Positions 11,784 through 23,846 of a stretch of DNA of 33,113 bases are shown here, one piece after another. This DNA comes from Octopus bimaculoides (taxonomy: Eukaryota). Made by a program: the position numbers and the translations under genes. The DNA is taken from positions 44,572,697 to 44,605,809 of the forward strand of contig NC_068983.1 in the NCBI RefSeq assembly GCF_001194135.2, given 5' to 3'. The notes beneath the pieces were generated by a model. The model saw nothing but the letters and a program-made list of their open reading frames with translations. It had not been told where the DNA came from and ran no database searches. The first letter of the stretch is position 1, and every line of letters starts with the position of its first letter.

Positions 11784-12137
11784 ATATTTATATCTATATA
11801 TAAATATGTATGTGTGTGTGTGTGTGTAAAATAACGAAGGTGGCCAGATGCAATATAAAACCAAAAAGGAAAAATTCATTTGTCACTGATTGTGACAGAG
11901 GGTGAAGGGTAGCACCTACATTGCTAGAAACAAGTGTCAAAGACCTTTATAGCCACAAGAAAGGGCGCAGGTAGCACCTACATTACTAGAAAAAAAGAGT
12001 CAGACCCTTATAGTCACGGAAAGCACATTGTCCATGTAGATGAATTCGACTCAAACCCTCCCCTAAAACTTCAGGTCTTGAGCCTTTAGTTAAAAGGATT
12101 ATTATTAGAGGAGGAGAAGGAAGAGGTTTATATTTAC

Positions 12138-12350
12138 CAGACACGTCAATCCATCTGAAACCTTAGCTGCCATTTTCAATATCAACCCAACACGAACGTC
12201 AGTATTCCGACAGAGAAATTCACTGATGCTTTTATGATTTGCATATTCCATTACTAGACCACATTTTGGCTTCAGAATTATTCCTTCCATTTGTAAAAAG
12301 GATGGATTCTTTGACAGAAGATAATGATCCTCAATAGCATTCAAGAAAAA
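12138..12350 (-). CDS. JAK: JAK JH2 exon (FFLNAIEDHY...GLVMEYANHKSISEFLC...KVSDGLTCL)
   Basis: 213 nt, phase 0-0. Acceptor TCATTTCAG, donor CTG|GTAAAT. Contains the LVMEY hinge; boundaries match recalled JAK2 introns (before SFFEAAS and after HFL). Confidence 0.92.
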
Positions 12351-12684
12351 CTGAAATGATAAATGAAAATCCAAGCTGAAAAGGATAAAATAAATTAAGC
12401 AAACCTAGTGAAAATATCTTCTAGTGATCTCTGAGTCTTTGCAAGTCAGAAATAGCAGCCAAATCTATAAATCACATCTTAACTTTTAAAGATATCTATG
12501 CCTTTGTGAGTTGATTCAGAAATAGAAGCTAAATTTTCTATAAATCACATCTTATCTTCTCGTAATTTCTATATTTTTATGAGTCACAAATAGCTGCCAA
12601 ATCTATAAACTACCTCCTGTCTGTATATCTCTGTAAGACAAAAATAACAGCTAAATCTGCTATTAATCACAACTTACCTTCTTG

Positions 12685-12843
12685 CAGGGGCAAACTGAGC
12701 CATCGGTCAATTGGGCACTGCCCAAGGGTCCAGAGCTCTGACGGGCCTGCACTCTACATGTTAACTCTACTAAAAAAAAAAATTCAAAGGGGCTCAGTAT
12801 TTAGCTATGCCGGAGGACCCTTAATCCTCTCAGTCTGCCCCTG
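12685..12843. mobile_element. hAT-like MITE (159 bp)
   Basis: Inverted termini CAGGGGCAAACTGAG / CTCAGTCTGCCCCTG (14 of 15 match); flanks CCTTCTTG / TCTTCTAG are a decayed 8-bp duplication (6 of 8). Confidence 0.7.
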
Positions 12844-13201
12844 TCTTCTAGTGATGTGTTTCTGTGAGTCAGGAATTTCTTTTAATGTTAGTTTTGAAAA
12901 AAAAGTAAACAAATAAAAACTAAAAAAGATAAAGCATAACATATCTTGGCAGCCTCTTATTATAAGAGAGATAATTATTTCTAGATAAACTTCAGATTAA
13001 AATTTCGTTTTTGGACTTGGTTTGCAAGATTCTTTATGTGAGTTTGTGTGTTGAGGCATATTTTGTTGTGTCTGGGGAGAGTCATTCTCTTTTAGTGCCT
13101 TATTATTTAACACATTCACCATTACGGACAGAGTCAATAACTATTGAAAAGGTTGCAAGATGCAACAAAAATTTTAGGAAAAATAAATAGGTAAATGAGT
13201 G

Positions 13202-13586
13202 TGTAGTGGCACGTGTGGCCGCCATCTTGGGAAGTGCCATTGCGCATGTGTAAGGGACTTGCCGTCAGCGGAAGTACCTGAGCACGCATGCACAATGCAA
13301 CAGGTGGAGAGAAAGAAATAGCGTTCGCTCTCTTATCCATCCAGCAGCCGTCATGACAGGACGTTCTTCCAGGCTCTCACAACTCGATCCCGACATGTGG
13401 TCGAAGCTTCTTTGGTATTCTAGCGGCATGTCTATTCACCCAGGAACGAAATGGCTCTACACCAACCTAGAATAAACTATTGATCTGTTGTTACCGTTAT
13501 CCCTTGTGTTGTATTTCTGGATTTAATGATTAATATAAGAACTGGGGAGAGCCGGCCGAGCCGTCATATCTCATCCAATTCTTATA
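13202..13586 (+). mobile_element. Gypsy-type solo LTR (385 bp)
   Basis: Starts TGTAGT, ends CTTATA, perfect 4-bp target-site duplication AGTG (13198-13201 and 13587-13590), AATAAA at 13471, CpG-rich relative to the flanks. Confidence 0.8.
13210..13275 (+). promoter_or_regulatory. Promoter-type motif cluster in the LTR U3 region: E-box, YY1, NRF1-like, ETS
   Basis: CACGTG 13210-13215; GGCCGCCATCTTGG 13217-13230; TGCGCATGTG 13241-13250; CGGAAGT 13269-13275. Confidence 0.5.
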
Positions 13587-13771
13587 AGTGGAAACTTTAC
13601 TGGTGATTGTGTTAAATATTAAGGCACTAAAAGAGAATGACTCACCCTACAACAAAATTGAGATCGAAAGTTTGAATTTTAAGTAGAAGCACAAAGAAGA
13701 ACATGCACAGAATTTTCTCTTTTTTTTCTTTTTTTTTTTTTGTTGCTTGAAAAGGAAATAGTAATGCAAAC

Positions 13772-13890
13772 CTGTAAATAGTATGGAGAATCTGAAAAGT
13801 CTTTCAATTGCTTAACAGCCACAGGTTTATTTCCATTTCCTTTATAAACACCAACCTTTACATCAGTGAACACACCACTTCCAATAACAG
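13772..13890 (-). CDS. JAK: JAK JH2 N-lobe exon (A-VIGSGVFTDVKVGVYKGNGNKPVAVKQLKDFSDSPYYLQ)
   Basis: 119 nt. Acceptor TTTTCCCCAG, phase 1; donor CAG|GTTTGC, phase 0. GSGVFT loop and VAVK motif. Confidence 0.93.
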
Positions 13891-14163
13891 CTGGGGAAAA
13901 TAAAACGGATATGCAAAAATGAACAAAAAAAATCATTATTTAAACTGGCAGTTATTTATTAATTATTTATTATTTCTATTACTGGACTGTGGGGTAATGC
14001 TGGAGTTTTAGTCAAACAGATCAACCTTCGTACTTATTTTCTAAGTCTTGTACTTATTCATCAGTCTTGTTTGCCAAACTGTTAGGTTATGAGGACATAA
14101 ACAAACCATCACCAGTTATCAAGCAGTGGTGGGATGCATATGCAACGACAAAGGCACACTTAC

Positions 14164-14211
<48 letters not shown>

Positions 14212-14491
14212 AGGTGCATGGCTTAGTGGTTAGGGTGTTGGACTCATGATCATAAGATTGTGGTTTCAATTCCTGGACCGGGCTGTGTTGTGTTCTTGAT
14301 CAAAACACTTCATTTCACATTACTCCAGTCCACTGATCTAGTAAAAGGGGGTAATCCTACAACATACCGGTGTCCTGTCCTGGGAGGAATATATATATGC
14401 CAAAGAAATCAGGAAAACTGACCGTATGCTCCTTATGGAGTAATGTGGACTAACCAACCATATATCATCATCATTTAACAACTGATTTCCA

Positions 14492-14832
14492 TGCTGCCAT
14501 AGGTTGGGCAGTTTGACAGGTGCTGGCATAGGTTGGACGGTTTGACAGGTGCTGGCATAGGTTAGACAGTTTGACAGGCACTGGCATAGGTTAGACGGTT
14601 TGACAGGTGCTAGTATAGGTTAGACGGTTTGACAAGTGCTGGCATAGGTTAGACAGTTTGTCAGGTGCTGGCATAGGTTAGACAGTTTGACAGGTGCTGG
14701 CATAGGTTAGACGGTTTAACAAGTGCTGGCATAGGTTGGCAAGCACTAGCTAGGCAGAAGACTGCACCAGGCTTCCCTGCTGGCATAGGTTGGCAAGCAC
14801 TAGCTAGGCAGAAGACTGCACCATGCTTCCCT
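14492..14832. repeat. Minisatellite: nine starts of a 29-bp unit (TGCTGGCATAGGTTAGACGGTTTGACAGG), ending in two 54-bp units
   Basis: Unit starts at 14492, 14521, 14550, 14579, 14608, 14637, 14666, 14695 and 14724; the 54-bp unit repeats at 14724 and 14778. Confidence 0.9.
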
Positions 14833-15064
14833 GTCGTTTTTGGCATGATTTTTACAGTTGGATGCCTTTCTGATTACCAGCCACTCCACAGAGTGGCCTG
14901 AGTGCTTTTTACATGGCACCAGTAGAGGCAAGGTCAGTTTTGGCATGTTTTTTTTTTTTACAGCTGGATACCTTTCCAAATGCTAACCATTTTACAATGT
15001 AGACTGGATGCTTTCTACATGGCACCAGCACTGGCAGGGTGACCAAGTGACTTGCAAGACATAA

Positions 15065-15345
15065 CAAGGATCATCTGAAAAATTCATAAGCTGATCAAGA
15101 TATTATCATGGAATGTGACCAAATGAGATTTCAAGTGTCAGAAAACATGGCACCTACCAAGGAGAAACCGTCATCTTGCCAAGTTCATAGTGTAGAATAT
15201 TCTCAACTGTTTCATGAGACATATTAATAGCATTGGCCATGTAATTTATAGTCAATTGCCTGTCATCCATCATCAAATGGAGAACACGATCTATTTTTCC
15301 CTCAATGTTGACAGTTGCAGCACATTCAGACTTAGGATCATCTTC
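15065..15345 (-). mobile_element. Decayed mariner transposase fragment (HTH to WVP region)
   Basis: DRVLHLMMDDRQLTINYMANAINMSHETVENILHYELGKMTVSPW*VP resembles mariner DRR.T...IA....IS...V..ILH..LG..KV..RWVP. Confidence 0.8.
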
Positions 15346-15621
15346 AAGTCTCTGCCTTCCCCCTCTTAAATCCAGTTGCTCAATCTGCACTGTTGACAGG
15401 GCTTTACGTTCTGAGTTCAAATTCTGCCAAGGTCGACTTTGCTTTTCATCCTTTCAGGGTCAATAAATTAAGTACCAATTGCATACCAGTTGGGTTCAAT
15501 CTAATCGACTGGTCCCCTCCCCAAAAGTTTCTGGCCTTGTGCCTGGAGTAGACAAGAATATCACAAGTTTGAAATAAGACGTACATATGTTTATGAGTAG
15601 TATTCCTTTCTCATCTGAATA

Positions 15622-16044
15622 TCTTACTCTCTTTTACTCTTTACTCTTTTACTTGTTTCAGTTATTTGACTGTGGCCATGCTGGAGCACCGTCTTTAGTC
15701 GAGCAAATCAACCCCAGAACTTATTCTTTGTAAGACTAGTACTTATATTATTGGTTCCTTTTGCTGAACCGCTAAGTTATGGGGACGGAAACACACCACC
15801 ATCGGTTGTCAAGCGACGTTGGGGGAACAAACACAGACACACAAACATATACACACACACACATATGTATATACATATATACGACAGGCTTCTTTCAGTT
15901 TCCGTCTACAAAATCCACTCACAAGGCTTTGGTTGGCCCGAGGCTATAGTAGAAGACACTTGCCCAAGGTACCACGCAGTGGGACTGAACCCAGAACTAT
16001 GTGGTTGGTATGCAAGCTACCTACCACACAGCCACTCCTGCGCC
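15622..16044 (-). mobile_element. tRNA-derived SINE, family B, full length, (AAAGAGT)n tail
   Basis: Reverse complement of 10612-10985; ends about 70 nt from the donor of the linker exon. Confidence 0.85.
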
Positions 16045-16114
16045 TATCTTATGAACGAATTTAAAACAAAAAAAATAACAAAAAAAAAAAAGATTTAAAA
16101 AAGACTTTGTTTAC

Positions 16115-16234
16115 CTTGTTCTGTTTGGAAAAGAATATCTGACTGAGAAAGTATATCAGGTTGTGAGTGTTTTGTCACTGATTCTTGTATTCCAGTATAA
16201 TTTTCAGGTTTACATAGCAACAGATTTGAAGGAG
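16115..16234 (-). CDS. JAK: JAK SH2-JH2 linker exon (A-PSNLLLCKPENYTGIQESVTKHSQPDILSQSDILFQTEQ)
   Basis: 120 nt, phase 1-1. Acceptor TTTTGTCTCTGCAG, donor AAG|GTAAAC. SNLLL matches the JAK KSNLLV motif, and the exon bridges both neighbours in frame. Confidence 0.88.
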
Positions 16235-17344
16235 CTGCAGAGACAAAAGAATACAGAAAGGAAGAAATTTACTTTAAGAAGGGGACACATGCACTCATAT
16301 CAGTATACAACATGTTCCTTTAAGTTTCTGCCAACCACATTCACTCCCAAATCTTTGGTTGGCCTAGAGCTACAGAAAACACTTGCTCAAGGTACCATGC
16401 AGTGGCACTGAACCCAAAACCATGTTGTTGGGAAGCAAACATCTTAACAACAGAGATGCTTGTGCCTATAGCCATGCTTGCATCACTAGGTTTAAAACAT
16501 CATATGTTATGACATCATATGTTATGAGTGTCTCAACAACTCCATCAGGAGTTGAGAGCTCAAGGCAAACCAAGAAAAATATATATTTACATGTTGTACA
16601 TGTGGTTGCCCATTTTTGGGGTAATGCAAACAGTCATGTGATGAAGTAGTTTGCTTCACAAAATAGGTGCATTAATCAAAAATATTCAGTTGTATTTAGT
16701 TCTGTCCAAATTACAACCATTCACACGGAGACTGACTTTACTGCTTGGACTTTACAAATAAAACCAATAAAATAAACAAGACAACAATTGCTGCAGATAA
16801 AATTCCCAGGTGACCTGGTACCTATTCATGATAGTCATGTGAACTGACACAAGGCAGTATAAAGTGCCTGACCCAGGTTCGTAACAAAACATCTTAAGCC
16901 ATTCCTTCATAAGTTTACCAATGGAAGGCCCCTGTCAATCATCTGGTGCTAGTATATCTTGGGACATCCCCTGCATCATTGCCCATCAGAGTGCCACTTA
17001 AGGACTTAATTAGCAAATATCTTTATTGAGAGTCTTACAACAAGCCCCAGCCAACTCAGGGCTAACACATACTGATGGACACTGGGCATTGGTCTGTTCT
17101 TCTTCTGACCTCATCAATGTTGATAAAGTTATTTTATTTGATGGCTGAAAAAATTTGCAGTACTTGGTCTTTCTTGTTTTTTGTTTTTTCCAAATCATAA
17201 TTTATGAGAAGATTATTTGCCTAATTCTTGAATAGTCCTCTATTTACAGCTAGTAATCTATAAAACTACTCTTGTACATTAGTTCACTGTTCTCCCTTAG
17301 TTAAAGTATTGAATATAAAGAAAACTTCCACAAAATAAACTTAC

Positions 17345-17613
17345 CAAATTTATCAGGTTTCAACATTTGGCTTGCTTTACTACTTTTGATATATTCCAAA
17401 AGATTTGTGCTAGAAGGAAATGCTTCTTTATATTTCTTTTGAGAATAGTCAATGATTTCATACAATATTTCTTCTTCATTTGCATTTTTGCTGTTAAATT
17501 TTGGGTTAAGACGAGCAATATGGTAATGAAATGGATGGACAACGTTCCATTGAATGAGATAACATCCAGGTTCATGACTTTTTTTCCGAAGAATATCAGT
17601 AATGTATTTTTTG
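17345..17613 (-). CDS. JAK: JAK SH2-like exon (KKYITDILRKKSHEPGCYLIQWNVVHPFHYHIARL...LLEYIKSSKASQMLKPDKF)
   Basis: 269 nt. Acceptor TTTGTTTATACAG, phase 2; donor G|GTAAGT, phase 1. G.YL.. strand and LLEYI helix of an SH2 fold. Confidence 0.85.
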
Positions 17614-18444
17614 CTGTATAAACAAAACAAAAACAAAATTGCAGTTTGAAAGTTCTAACATGTAAAATAAATTCTTGTACTATCTGCATTATAACACAAG
17701 TAGAATGTGTGTGTGTGCGTGTGAAAATAATAATAATAAGTATGATGACATAGCATTTCATGAATTCAATTTACAATATGATTTAAATACAACTTATTAA
17801 TGATGTACATGTTTCCACTACATCAGTTAGCAACTGTCGCATTTACAGCCTTTGCCATAATACTGGTGTAGTTTCTTCATGGTCTTCACTGTAATATCCT
17901 TGCAGATTGAACTGGTTAGAGTTTTATGAATGAATTAGAAGAAGCTCGAGATATATAAACAAAAGCGAACACACATACACAATCCACTAAGCCATTGATA
18001 GAAAAAATTCTATAATTTTTCCTACCCTATATTAATTTTAAGAAATGATTTTAGCAATTTCTGAAGTTTAATCGGAATTTTTATTTGCTGCCGACTGAAA
18101 CTGCACTTGCACGGTAAATTTGAAAAATTATAATATATAAGGATGAGGCACAATTTATTTGGTCTCTAATTTATATGTTTGTTTTGGTGTATCCACTGAT
18201 GAGACTTTTCCTTGCAAATTATTTTATTTGCTAATTAAAGTTTGAAACCTGAGGTCTGGCTGTAAAACATGGTAACTGTTTTTATTTTTCATTCCCTTCG
18301 AAATTGCTCTTGACTGTGGTTTGAACTTTTTGACTGTTCTTTCTAGTATGTTAGGCAACCTGTTAAGGCTCGCCTCTTTGTGCATAAATGTACACTAATT
18401 TTTATAGATATATATATATATACATAATCAACACTATTCAAGCA

Positions 18445-18662
18445 TGGCCATTGCCAGTACCACCTGAGTGGCCATCATGCCAGTGGCACGTAAAAGCACC
18501 CACTACACTCTCGGAGTGGTTAGCGTTAGGAAGGGCATCCAGCCATAGAAACTCTGCCAGATCAGATTGGAGTCTGGTGCAGCCATCTGGTTCACCAGGC
18601 CTCAGTGAAACCATCCAACCCATGCCAGCATGGAAAGCGGACGTTAAACGATGATGATGATA
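18445..18662 (+). mobile_element. LINE 3'UTR-type repeat copy
   Basis: Same family motif and (GAT)n tail as 6331-6672. Confidence 0.8.
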
Positions 18663-18893
18663 TACATATATATGCATAATCCATATAATATACATACATA
18701 CATATATATATATGCATAATCCATATATATATACACATTCATATACACAATCCATGCACACACACACACACACACCTATACATACATTATGTGTGTGTGA
18801 AAAGTATCTTGGGATCAATATGAAACTACAAGGCCTATCAATAAAGGAGTGGGATTTTTGCAAAACAATCATTACAGCTGCCTAGAATTTAAG

Positions 18894-18950
<57 letters not shown>

Positions 18951-19831
18951 NNNNNNNNNNNNNNNNNNNNNNNNNNNNNNNNNNNNNNNNNNNNNNNNNN
19001 NNNNNNNNNNNNNNNNNNNNNNNNNNNNNNNNNNNNNNNNNNNNNNNNNNNNNNNNNNNNNNNNNNNNNNNNNNNNNNNNNNNNNNNNNNNNNNNNNNNN
19101 NNNNNNNNNNNNNNNNNNNNNNNNNNNNNNNNNNNNNNNNNNNNNNNNNNNNNNNNNNNNNNNNNNNNNNNNNNNNNNNNNNNNNNNNNNNNNNNNNNNN
19201 NNNNNNNNNNNNNNNNNNNNNNNNNNNNNNNNNNNNNNNNNNNNNNNNNNNNNNNNNNNNNNNNNNNNNNNNNNNNNNNNNNNNNNNNNNNNNNNNNNNN
19301 NNNNNNNNNNNNNNNNNNNNNNNNNNNNNNNNNNNNNNNNNNNNNNNNNNNNNNNNNNNNNNNNNNNNNNNNNNNNNNNNNNNNNNNNNNNNNNNNNNNN
19401 NNNNNNNNNNNNNNNNNNNNNNNNNNNNNNNNNNNNNNNNNNNNNNNNNNNNNNNNNNNNNNNNNNNNNNNNNNNNNNNNNNNNNNNNNNNNNNNNNNNN
19501 NNNNNNNNNNNNNNNNNNNNNNNNNNNNNNNNNNNNNNNNNNNNNNNNNNNNNNNNNNNNNNNNNNNNNNNNNNNNNNNNNNNNNNNNNNNNNNNNNNNN
19601 NNNNNNNNNNNNNNNNNNNNNNNNNNNNNNNNNNNNNNNNNNNNNNNNNNNNNNNNNNNNNNNNNNNNNNNNNNNNNNNNNNNNNNNNNNNNNNNNNNNN
19701 NNNNNNNNNNNNNNNNNNNNNNNNNNNNNNNNNNNNNNNNNNNNNNNNNNNNNNNNNNNNNNNNNNNNNNNNNNNNNNNNNNNNNNNNNNNNNNNNNNNN
19801 NNNNNNNNNNNNNNNNNNNNNNNNNNNNNNN
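18951..19831. other. Assembly gap (largest of six: 2644-2859, 18951-19831, 22394-22493, 22960-23273, 25543-25833, 28936-29328)
   Basis: Runs of N. Confidence 1.
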
Positions 19832-20098
19832 TATATATATATATATATATATATGACAAGCTTCTTCAGTTTCCATCTACCAAATCCACTCACAAAAATT
19901 TGGTTAGCCTGAGGCTGTAGTAGAAGACACTTGACCAAGGTGCCATTCAGTGGGACTGAACCTGAGACCATGTGGTTGGGAAGCAAACTTCATACCACAC
20001 TGTCATGCCTGTTAAAATAAAAGTAAGGAGAAAAAAAAGTAAAAAAGTAATGAAAGCAAAAGACTTCTAATCTTGAAATATCAAATAAAACAACTTAC

Positions 20099-20185
20099 TA
20101 TTGGTGCACTTTGTTTAAAGTTCAACTGTACACTGTTATTAAACTTTATTTCAATCCATCTTAAACTACTTATTAAATAAGCACT
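20099..20185 (-). CDS. JAK: Probable JAK FERM F3 exon (SAYLISSLRWIEIKFNNSVQLNFKQSAPI)
   Basis: 87 nt, phase 0-0. Strong acceptor TTTTATTTGTTTCAG and donor |GTAAGT; only one frame is open. The pattern resembles JAK F..I..I.IK...V.I. Confidence 0.7.
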
Positions 20186-20683
20186 CTGAAACAAATAAAA
20201 TAGAAGTTAAAAAATGAAATAATAATGGATGTAATTATAATTAATGTTAGTTGAAAAGCTGAAGATAGTGAAAGCACTTACACAAAACTTCCTTCCATCA
20301 GATTTTTGTTAATCTGTTGTCTTTTAAACATATTTTTATATAGATTTTAACTTAAAAAACTGTTATTGTTATATATATATATATATATATGTACACACAC
20401 ACACACATATTTATACACACATACATATACATACATACATACATATATATATACATACACACACACATACATAAACACATACATATATATATATATGATT
20501 AAGAAAACAAAAAAAAAAACACGAAGAAAAAACAACACGAGGACATGGTACATGCAAAGTATTAATAAAATGCTCAGGGAAGGAAAGAAAGGTAGTTTTA
20601 CATTTTGAGCAAAGCAGGAGCCAGAGGAATGTCCAAGAGAAAGGAAAGACAGAGGAAAAAAATCGCCAGCAATCCACATGTAG

Positions 20684-20734
<51 letters not shown>

Positions 20735-21559
20735 AAATATAATATAATTTTACTTATGCCATTGGTCTCTTTATCTCATTCTTTTTTATATATATATATA
20801 TACACACGCTAATACACGACCCATGTTATATTCCCCACTCGTGTTGCAACCACGTCAGGGGCAAAACTAGTCGGTATACAGCACTTACTCGGTATTACCT
20901 GTATCTTTAGGGTTTGGTTGACTCCAATACCCTTCGTAACCTTTATATATATGTATGTATATGTGTGTGTGTTTGCTCCCTAACTACTGCTTGACAATCA
21001 GTATTGGTGTGTTTACATTCCCGTAACTTAGCTATTCAGCAAAAGAGGCCGATAGAATAAGTACTGGGCTCAACAAGAAATAAGTAGTGGGATCGGTTCA
21101 TTTGACTAAAACAAATTGTTCAAGGCAATGCCCCAGCATGGTCGCAGTCTAATGACCTAAACAAGTAAAAGGCAAAAGGTATCGTCTTGAATTAATCATG
21201 CATTGTCACGTAGCTTTTAGATTTCAGTCATGTGATTGCTTATTTTTACAATGATGTTACAGGCTAGGTGTAACAGGCCAGATCTTGATGACCTGAACAC
21301 AAAGCAGGTAAAATAATTAGGCCAGATATGGCTGACTTAAATGCTAAAGGGCTAAACTGCAAATATTCACAGTGGCAAAGATGTTGATCAGTTCATAACT
21401 GTAAGGCTACTCACCAACACCAGCAATAACAATGAGCCATGAGAGAACATTTACATAACAGTTCAACCTGGTAGAAATAACAGCTAAATTTTCCATAACT
21501 TCTAAATTATTGTCATAGATAATTAAGTATATACAAGTGAAATCGAAATCAAACTAAAT

Positions 21560-22055
21560 TCGATGACTAGCCCCCATGCCAACGTCTCCTCCATTGGACA
21601 CTAAACTCTGCTTGCGAAGACCTGTTGGGGCAAGCAAAGGTGAAATCGTGATGGCACCACCATTCGAGTGTAATCATTACCAGCGTCGCCTTCCTGGCAC
21701 TTGTGCTGCAGCTTTGCGTTCCTGGCACTTGTGCCGGTGGCACGTGAAAAGTCATCCGAGCGAGATCGTTGCCAGTGCCACTGGACTGGCTCCTGTGCAG
21801 GTGGCACGTAAAATACACCATTTGAGCGTGGCCGTTGCCAGTACTGCCTGACTGGCCTTCGTGCCGGTGACATGTAAAAACACCTACTACACTCTCTGAG
21901 TGGTTGGCGTTAGGAAGGGCATCCAGCTGTAAAAACTCTGCCAAATCTGATTGGAGCCTGGTGTAGCCATCTGGTTCGTCAGTCCTCAGTCAAATCATCC
22001 AACCCATGCTAGCATAGAAGGTGGACGTCAAACGATGATGATGATGATGGTGATG
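21560..22055 (+). mobile_element. LINE 3'UTR-type repeat copy (long)
   Basis: Same family; an inverted copy lies at about 22495-22830. Confidence 0.8.
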
Positions 22056-23273
22056 AGGTTTACCTCACTTTACGAGACGCCAAGTATATGAGTTTCATTT
22101 TTCAAGCACAAGATCCAAATTTTGAATGAAGTGCAAAAGCTTCTACTACCATAACAAATGTTTTTGCATGTTACTGAGAAATTTATAGTGAACGAAAAAA
22201 AAGCTTCTTCTAAACAAATAACTCGAGATTTGTTTTTTAAAAAGAAATCTAAAAGTCTGTCTATGAGTGCTTGTGAATCAGCAATTGCGACTACAAGTGA
22301 TGGTGTGCGCGAATCTAGTGAAAGTGATTCAGAAAATGATCATAATACTCTTTTACTTGTTTCAATCATTTGACTGCAGCCATGCTGGAGCACNNNNNNN
22401 NNNNNNNNNNNNNNNNNNNNNNNNNNNNNNNNNNNNNNNNNNNNNNNNNNNNNNNNNNNNNNNNNNNNNNNNNNNNNNNNNNNNNNNNNNNNNCTGGGGA
22501 CTGGCGAACCAGATGGCTACACCAGACTTCAATCTGATCTGGCGAAGTTTCTACAGCCGAATGCCCTTCCTAATGCCAACCAATCTGAGAGTGTAGTGGG
22601 TGTTTTTTACATGCCACCGGCACAAGGGCCAGTCTGGCGGTACTGGCAACGGCCATGCTCAAATGGTGTTTTTTATGTGCCACCTGCACAGGATTCAGTC
22701 CAATGTTTTGTTCACATGCCACTGGCACAAGTGCTAGTAAGGCAAAGCTGGAAACGATCGCACTCAAATGGTGCTTTTAACGTACCACCAGCACAGGAGC
22801 GAGACCGCTGCTCTGGTAGTGATCCCGCTCGGTAGTTCATATATCTGAGAAAGAAGCATACTCTTAAACATTAGGGCAGTCATATATTTTTTTTAGACGT
22901 TAAATATTATGGCCATAGTGTGACCAATAGACACTCTATTACTGGCCATAGCATTTAACNNNNNNNNNNNNNNNNNNNNNNNNNNNNNNNNNNNNNNNNN
23001 NNNNNNNNNNNNNNNNNNNNNNNNNNNNNNNNNNNNNNNNNNNNNNNNNNNNNNNNNNNNNNNNNNNNNNNNNNNNNNNNNNNNNNNNNNNNNNNNNNNN
23101 NNNNNNNNNNNNNNNNNNNNNNNNNNNNNNNNNNNNNNNNNNNNNNNNNNNNNNNNNNNNNNNNNNNNNNNNNNNNNNNNNNNNNNNNNNNNNNNNNNNN
23201 NNNNNNNNNNNNNNNNNNNNNNNNNNNNNNNNNNNNNNNNNNNNNNNNNNNNNNNNNNNNNNNNNNNNNNNNN

Positions 23274-23790
23274 TATATAAAATACTGCAATACAAATGTA
23301 CTACTTTCCAGTAAAATAAAGCACTGTAAAGGTAGAAGTATAAATATAGAGTAGTGGTACAAGGCACCAATATTTACTGGAAATAGCAGTCGATACATTT
23401 ACGACACAATAGTAAAGCTTCACTGTATATATACTGGCGAAGACATGTGAGTGCAACAAACATGAAAAATTTGTCTTACCTCTAGGAAGAATATTAGAGA
23501 AATGGACAACCCAGAATTGTATAACCCAGTACATAGGTTTCAGACTCTTCAAATTTTGGTACATCAATGCCAGTATACTTGCCTGAATACTTAGCCATTA
23601 ACAGACCAAGAACAGTGAAAAAATTTTCAATGAAAAATAAAATATTGCAATACAAATGTATTACTTTCCAGTAGAATAAAGCACCATAAAGGTGGAAGTA
23701 TAAATATAGAGTAGTGGCACAACAAGGCACCAATATCTACTGGAAACAGCAGTTGATACATTTACAATGCTATAGTATACTGGTATTGAT
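23274..23790. repeat. Direct duplication of ~145 bp with a period of ~360 bp
   Basis: GCAATACAAATGTA.TACTTTCCAGTA.AATAAAGCAC...GATACATTTAC occurs at about 23288 and 23647. Confidence 0.75.
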
Positions 23791-23846
23791 GTAGCAACAT
23801 TTGAAATATTGTCCAGGTAAATCCAGCTGATGAAGACTAATCAATT

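Larger units (their letters stand above)
13075..13648. repeat. Inverted copies of a MITE-like repeat; the right-hand copy is interrupted by the solo LTR
   Basis: GGGGAGAGTCATTCTCTTTTAGTGCCTTA..ATTTAACACATTCACC (about 13075-13121) is reverse-complementary to about 13602-13648. Confidence 0.65.

Noticed and set aside
14492-14832. CRISPR-like regular array
   Set aside because: Units are contiguous with no unique spacers, there are no cas genes, and the context is eukaryotic.
17010-17144. PSNKITL... exon candidate after the SH2 exon
   Set aside because: The acceptor is phase 0 but the SH2 exon ends in phase 1, giving an immediate stop. Exon 16234-16115 fits correctly.
17830-17915. SICKDITVKTMKKLHQYYGKG resembling JAK LCKEVAPP...HGP
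   Set aside because: An in-frame stop lies just upstream and no donor gives the expected phase and length; probably chance.
18849-19986. 300+ aa ORFs made of X
   Set aside because: Read-through of an N gap; the same applies to ORFs over the other gaps.
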